Assembly: GCA_963806185.1 (NCBI GenBank)
Contig: CAWDXE010000007.1
Location: forward strand, 256,001-320,000
Direction of reading: 5' to 3'
Origin: an uncultured candidate division Zixibacteria bacterium
GTDB lineage: Bacteria > Zixibacteria > MSB-5A5 > GN15 > FEB-12
DNA length: 64,000 nt
The notes under the pieces are model-generated. The model was not told where the DNA came from and did no database searches. It saw only the letters and a program-made list of their open reading frames with translations. Position 1 is the stretch's first letter, and every line of letters begins with the position of its first letter. The position numbers and the translations under genes were made by a program. Positions 58,259 to 64,000 of the stretch are shown here, in pieces.

Positions 58259-61200
58259 TGAAAATAAGTGAACTCTCCATCCGACGTCCTGTCTTTGCCA
58301 CCGTACTCTCGCTGGCCATCGTCCTGTTCGGACTGGTTGCGTTTCTTCGCCTCCCCGTTCGCGAGTACCCGGATATTGATTCGCCGATCGTCTCCATCAC
58401 CACTTTGTATCGTGGCGCCAGTCCGAGTGTCGTTGAAAACGAAGTCACGGACATTCTCGAAGAGCAATTGTCCACTGTCGAAGGCATAAAGTCCATCAGC
58501 TCCTCGAGCCTTGAGCAGGGCTCGGTAGTGACAGTCGAATTTGAGCTCGGTCGAAATGTCGATGAGGCGGCCAATGACGTGCGCGATCGCGTCTCGCGAA
58601 TTCGCGGATCACTGCCACAGGAAGTTGACGAACCGATTGTGGAAAAGGTCGACGTCAACGCCCAGCCGATCATCTGGCTTTCGCTCCTGAGCGATCGTCA
58701 CAGTATTCTCGAATTGTCCGATGTCGCCGATCGCATCATGAAGGAGCGCATTCAGCGTTTGCCGGGCGTCGGCTCGGTCTTCATCGGCGGCGAGCGGCGT
58801 TATTCGATGCGCGTCTGGCTCGACCCTCACCGGATGGCCGCCCGCGGCGTCACCGCCAGCGACGTCGAGAATGCGATCCGCCAGGAAAACGTTGAAATAC
58901 CCGGGGGACGTGTTGAGGGACAGGGGCGTGAATTCTCCGTGCGAACGCGAGGTGATCTGGCCACGCCCGAAGAGTTCGCTGCTCATGATCGTTAAGCAGG
59001 AGAACGGTGACCTGGTGAAACTTGGTGACGTCGCCGACGTTTCGCTGGGCGCGGAGGATGATCGTACGGCGGTGCGCTACAACGGCACGACATCAGTTGG
59101 CCTCGGTATCGTTAAGCAGTCGCGGGCGAGCACACTCGACGTCGCCCATGCGGTGACCGCCGCTCTGCCGGAACTTCAGAAGATTCTCCCTGACGGCATG
59201 AAGATTCAGATGGCGTTCAATTCGGCGGAGTTTATTGAATCATCAATCAATGAAGTGAGTGAGACCCTCATCATTGCGCTTTTCCTCGTGGTCTTTGTCA
59301 TCCTGGCCTTCCTCAAGAGTTTTCGGGCGACGATCATTCCGACCTTTGCTATTCCCGTATCGATCGTCGGCGCCTTTGCCGTCGCCTACTTCCTCGGCTT
59401 CACGGTCAATATCCTTACGCTATTGGCTTTGGTGCTGGCGATTGGACTTGTCGTAGATGACGCCATTGTCGTGCTTGAGAATATCTTCCGCCACATGGAG
59501 ATGGGGAAGTCACGTCGTCAGGCGGCGCTCGATGGTTCAAAGGAAATCGGCTTCGCCGTACTGGCGACCACCATTTCGTTGGTGGCCGTGTTCGTGCCGC
59601 TCGCCTTCCTGACCGGCAACGTCGGCCGCCTTTTCAACGAATTCGGAGTGATGGTGGCCACCGCCGTGTTGATCTCCGGTTTTGTGGCGCTCACTCTCAC
59701 GCCTATGCTCTGCGCCAAGATGCTTCGCCCTCTCCACGGAGGCAGCAAGAGCTGGGCTTCCCGATCCTTCGATAATTTCTTCGAATGGCTTGACAGGACC
59801 TATGAGAAGGTCCTCCGCGCCGCTTTGCGTCATCGCGCCATTTCTCTCTCCGTCGCCGTAGTCATCATGACGGCGATCGGCGGATTTCTGTACATTCTGC
59901 CCAGCGAGTTGGTGCCGACCGAGGATCGATCGGTAGCCTTCGGTTTTGTCATTGCTCCCGAAGGTGCGACGCTCGAATACACTGACCGGTACATGCGGCA
60001 GATCGAGAGCATTCTTATGAAAGTGCCGGAGCGAGAAGGGCGTCTTTTCAGCCACCGGTCTCGGCTTCGGCGGTCCCGGGCGCGTGACCAACGGCTTTGT
60101 CGTGCTCCTGCTCAAACCACAGAGCGAACGCAGTCGTTCTCAGCAGGAAATCGTGCAGACGCTTTTCCCGCAGTTGCTCGGCATTCCCGGGGTACTTGCC
60201 TTTCTCATTAACCCGCCCGCGCTGGGCGATTTCGGCGGAAGCCCGGTTGAATATGTGTTGCAGGGTGACACCTACGAAGAACTTCAGGCGGCCGTCGGTA
60301 CGATGATGGGCGAAGCGTCCAAGCTGGGCTATGCTCATCAACATGGATACCGATCTTCGTCTGAATAAACCGCAACTGGAAGTCACCATTGATCGCGAAC
60401 GGGCTGCGCAACTCGGCGTCTCGGTCCGTGAAATCGGCTCGACTCTCGAAACCATGCTCGGTGGGCGCGCGGTTACTAATTTCAAGCGGGCCGGCAAGCA
60501 GTACGACGTTATCGCCCAGCTCAAGCCGTCTGAGCGGGCCACGCCGGATATTATCAGTGAAACCTACGTCCGTGGAAAGTCGGGGTTGGTCCAGTTGGCC
60601 AACGTCGTCAACGTAAAAGAAAACGTCGCGCCCAAAGAGCTCAACCACTACAATCGCGTGCGCTCCGCCACGATTACTGCGTCGACTGTCCCCGGAGTCA
60701 GTTTGGGACAGGCCCTCAGCGCGTCTCGATCAAATCGCGGCCACCAAACTCCCGCCGAGCATTAAGACCGATCTGAAGGGTCAGTCACGCGAATTCCGAG
60801 ACTCCAGCTCAAGTTTGTACTTCCTGTTCCTGTTCGCGCTGGTCTTTATCTACCTGGTCCTGGCGGCCCAGTTTGAGAGCTTCATCCATCCGATGACGAT
60901 TCTGCTGGCGGTACCGCTGGCGGTCGCCGGTGCACTCGCCTCGTTGTTCATATTCAAGCAAACGATGAATATCTACTCGCAGATCGGGCTGATCATGCTC
61001 ATCGGGTTGGTGACCAAAAACTCGATTCTGATCGTGGAATTTGCCAACCAGCTTCGTGAACAAGGGCAGGAACTTGCCGAGGCGGTCATTTCCGCTTCGC
61101 GGATTCGTTTGCGACCGATTCTCATGACATCCTTCGCCACCATCTTCGGCATCCTGCCGATTGCCATCGGTTTCGGCGCCGGCGCCGAATCGCGGCGCCC

Positions 61201-61408
61201 GCTGGGCATTGCGGTGGTAGGAGGCATGGTGTTCTCCACGTTCCTTACGCTCGTACTGGTGCCGGTCGTCTATACGCTGTTGTCGAGAAAGAAGGTTAGG
61301 GCCGTGGAAACTGCAACCCATCCGGCGGTCCACAAGCCGGAACTGATTCAGCAGAATCGCCCGCCTGATCCGGCGCCCAATGCCGGGTATTTCGCCGCGC
61401 CGGAATGA
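58258..61408 (+). CDS. RND efflux permease (AcrB/MdtC family); four +1 frameshifts (near 58983, 60040, 60332, 60722)
   Basis: SIRRPVFA, GLVVDDAIVVLEN, ALTLTPMLC, IGLVTKNSILIVEFA, RLRPILMTS. Fragments join to about 1048 aa. Confidence 0.92.
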
Positions 61409-61433
61409 AGGAATAGTCCCATCTTGCTCAAAT

Positions 61434-61468
61434 AAGAACGGGCGCTCTTTCGAGCGCCCGTCTTTTTG
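61434..61468 (+). terminator. Intrinsic terminator after the RND operon
   Basis: Stem ACGGGCGCTC/GAGCGCCCGT followed by CTTTTT. Confidence 0.85.
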
Positions 61469-61727
61469 AGGATCTCTGTGAGGGTGAGATCCTTCGCGGT
61501 CCCCCGCCCCCCAGTGGAAACCTGGAGTGAAGACCGCTGCGCTGACAGTGAAGCGCGTCTTGGGACTTCATGAGCGCACCATCAATTTCGCAATGAATTG
61601 CCGATTACGCAATCGGTTTATTGTCATCCGTTGTATTGACAGAGTCTGTCTCTCCGGCAAAAGAATCGCCCCATCGCGCGAGGCGATGGGGCGTGGTTCG
61701 CTCTACCTTGAGTAAGGCAGCCTCTCC

Positions 61728-62768
61728 TTATTCAGTTTCTTCCCAGGCGAGCGATCCATCTTGCTGCGGTTCAAGCAGAGTCTTCACGACCCCCCGCTTC
61801 TGCAGGAATAGTCCATCCGTGGCCGTGCCGACGATCAAGCCGTGGCTCGACGACTCCAGCGTGGTCACATCCGAGCCTACAAACGGCTCGACCACTTTGA
61901 CCTGACTGTCGAAGTAGGTCACGAGCCCCTGGTCGGTGCCGACCGACACGATCCATCCGGAGGCATCGATGGCCGTGACGAAATCCGACGGAAGGCCGTC
62001 GGCCGTTGTCACCGGCTGCCAGCTGCCGCCATCGTGAATCCAGAGACCGTTGGACGTCCCCAGGTACAGGTGGTTGTGGCCGAAAGCCAGCGCGGTCACA
62101 TTGTCGAACAGCGAACTGTCGCGCGCCAGGAAGCGTGGCGAGAATTCTTCGCCGTCCCAGCGGTATAGCCCATCTCCATCAGTGCCAACCCACAGACCAT
62201 CATTGTCCGCAACCATGGCGGTGATGACTTCGTCGTTCATCAGCCGTACGCAGCCGAGCATGGTTCGGGCATACAATCCGTCATCAGTACCGATCATGAG
62301 ATTGGAGCCATACGGATACAGGGCGGTGATGGTTCCGCTGAAGGAATCATCGATGATGACAAGCCCCGAGTCATCGTATCGGTACAGTTTGTCGGCCCCG
62401 GCGTAGAGCTGGCCGTCAAACATGGCCAACGCATTGACCGGGCCGCCAAAGTCGATCGCGTGGCGGGAATTGTCCTTCAGATTGAAGACGATCAATCCGC
62501 GATCATTGGCGATGAACGCGAGGGAATCGACAATTTCGACATCGAGCACGGTGGCGACATCGGTCGGCATCACTTCGGCCACTTTCGGCTCGAGTGCGAC
62601 CGACGGTTTCGGCTCACTTTTCTGCTGCGAAACCGCCAGTACGACGGAATCAATGTTCGGGGATTTTTGCGACAGGTTTTCTTCCTTTTCTCCTGTGCAG
62701 CCCCAGGCGGCCAATCCGGCTATGAGCGCGGCGGCGCCGATCAGCGTGATTTGGTTTCTGGTAATCAT
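61728..62768 (-). CDS. Lipoprotein with beta-propeller repeats (two-component regulator propeller-like)
   Basis: Lipobox AAWGC; repeats LMIGTDDGL, LWVGTDGDGL, LYLGTSNGL, DGLPSDFV, VSVGTDQGL, LIVGTATDGL; RBS AAGGAGGA. Confidence 0.8.
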   Translation of the reverse strand: MITRNQITLIGAAALIAGLAAWGCTGEKEENLSQKSPNIDSVVLAVSQQKSEPKPSVALEPKVAEVMPTDVATVLDVEIVDSLAFIANDRGLIVFNLKDNSRHAIDFGGPVNALAMFDGQLYAGADKLYRYDDSGLVIIDDSFSGTITALYPYGSNLMIGTDDGLYARTMLGCVRLMNDEVITAMVADNDGLWVGTDGDGLYRWDGEEFSPRFLARDSSLFDNVTALAFGHNHLYLGTSNGLWIHDGGSWQPVTTADGLPSDFVTAIDASGWIVSVGTDQGLVTYFDSQVKVVEPFVGSDVTTLESSSHGLIVGTATDGLFLQKRGVVKTLLEPQQDGSLAWEETE

Positions 62769-62815
62769 GACGTCCTCCTTTGAGTGTCTGGTTTGGTTCG
62801 TTCGAGGAGGTGTAA

Positions 62816-62912
62816 GTCAAGCGCGATGCCGAATCCGCAATACAATAAACGACAACGACTTAACTTGGGAATGAGGTCCCGAGGCCATACCATTTCGTGT
62901 CAAGATTGACAC
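62816..62912 (-). promoter_or_regulatory. Putative sigma54 promoter with IHF-like site and palindromic upstream activator sequence
   Basis: Minus strand CGGCAT-N5-TTGA (62831-62817); CAACGACTTA (62853-62862); palindrome GTGTCAA-GA-TTGACAC (62897-62912). Confidence 0.5.
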
Positions 62913-63028
62913 ATACCTTCAATCAACAAGAGATTACATTGCCGGGCAACGACTTGCTTGTGGGTATATTGACACGAATGTGTAAAAAGCTTGTATCAGG
63001 ACAACCATCCACCTATGTATAAGGTGAT

Positions 63029-64000
63029 ATGAGTTCCATAACCGGTCGTCACTACATCGCGATTCTCAGCACCCTGTTGATTTTCACAAGCGGTCGGAGT
63101 GCTCAATCAGGTGAGATCCGGGCGAAGGTACTGCAGGTGCGCGATGGCGAGGTTGGTTTGAATGTTGGGACCGAAGATCTGGTCTTCCCCGGCGCAAAGT
63201 TCGTGCTGATGCGCGGCAAGGATACGGTAGCTTGCGGCACGATTGATGCCCGGCACCGCACGATGTCCGTTGGCGTGATAGACTCCCTGTGGATCAAGGC
63301 GGACATTCAGATCTGCAGCGCTCTTGTCCAGAAGGCTGATATTGACTCAGGGGCGACGATTTCCTTTCGGACGTCGCTTGCCGACCCGGAACCACTAATC
63401 AATTCATCGTATCAGCGTATGCCGCAGAGTCTCATTACCAAGTCGTTCGGTGATGCAAATGCGCCGATCATCTTCAGGCCGCGTGACAGTAGTTGGGCGA
63501 TCGGCGCTATTGCCGTCTACGCAGGCGATAGCAGCGCCGGGGGGGGTGATGCGGATGTGTCAGTCAGCCTAATGGCTCCATCGACGGTCAGTGACGATAT
63601 CATTGAACGGATTCCTGCCCCGTTCATTGTCGCCCTGATTCCCAATCTCAGCAGCAAGTACTGTGGACGAGGTGAGCTCACCAAGTCACTCTATCAACGA
63701 TTTGATCCTTCACGAAGTCAGCTCTACGCGCCAGGTATGCAAATCGCAGCAGCCAATTCTTTCCTGTCTCCTGACTCTTCACACCGAGCTTTCCCGTACG
63801 ATCTCGATCTGGCCCGGCGGCGTTTTCGCTCTCTGTCACCGCGACCGAAAGAGGTCGTGATGCTGCTTCGCGAGCCGGTGCTGCAGCCGCTCGCTCTCTA
63901 TCTGGCCGACCTTCTGGCGCGCGAACAGTGTCGCGTCCGAATCGAAGCAAATCCCGCACATTGGGACTTTGCCCTGTGTCTACTGGCATGTCGGAGTAAT
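63029..64000 (+). CDS. Hypothetical exported protein, partial (runs off the window)
   Basis: Manual translation from ATG 63029 is open to the window end; signal-like N-terminus; FPYDLDLARR weakly recalls family-5 solute-binding proteins. Confidence 0.6.
   Translation, partial: MSSITGRHYIAILSTLLIFTSGRSAQSGEIRAKVLQVRDGEVGLNVGTEDLVFPGAKFVLMRGKDTVACGTIDARHRTMSVGVIDSLWIKADIQICSALVQKADIDSGATISFRTSLADPEPLINSSYQRMPQSLITKSFGDANAPIIFRPRDSSWAIGAIAVYAGDSSAGGGDADVSVSLMAPSTVSDDIIERIPAPFIVALIPNLSSKYCGRGELTKSLYQRFDPSRSQLYAPGMQIAAANSFLSPDSSHRAFPYDLDLARRRFRSLSPRPKEVVMLLREPVLQPLALYLADLLAREQCRVRIEANPAHWDFALCLLACRSN

Noticed and set aside
5179..61408. About 13 frameshifts (glmL, A3, C3, ppdK x3, ferritin-like x2, peroxiredoxin, RND x4) as programmed frameshifting or pseudogenisation
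   Set aside because: All resolve as single-base insertions in otherwise well-conserved, unrelated genes, with no obvious shared slippery motif. This pattern fits long-read or low-coverage consensus error; read mapping would settle it.
63539..63546. G8 tract as a phase-variation switch
   Set aside because: The tract is short and in frame (Gly-Gly-Gly), and a single sequence cannot show length variation.

Overview
Chromosomal window from a GC-rich diderm bacterium; the gene content and style suggest an FCB-group candidate lineage such as Zixibacteria (inference only). No rRNA, tRNA, CRISPR array or mobile element was seen. From left to right: (1) tolQ-tolR-tolA-tolB. (2) A minus-strand operon with a GlmL/MutL-type ASKHA ATPase and a conserved hybrid-motif protein, with no B12 mutase in the window. 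(3) A YfiR-like regulator paired with a CHASE8-type chemoreceptor, and a tail-fibre-like secreted protein. (4) An 11-kb run of three tandem paralogous copies of an uncharacterised 4-gene membrane module. (5) ppdK, an ADP-forming acyl-CoA synthetase, a GluRS with degenerate catalytic motifs, ferritin-like/rubredoxin/peroxiredoxin/FNR genes, nadA, E2-lipB-fabL and spoVG. (6) A 5-gene operon encoding a cytochrome b-like protein, 20-heme and 31-heme cytochromes c, a beta-barrel, and a membrane-anchored ferredoxin-flavin oxidoreductase. (7) A TolC-RND efflux operon. The two best candidates for undescribed systems are the triplicated membrane module with its probable GlmL-like ATPase partner, and the putative NAD(P)H-to-cell-surface electron conduit. 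About 13 single-base insertions break otherwise intact genes and look like assembly errors rather than biology. Family names are from motif recognition, not database searches.
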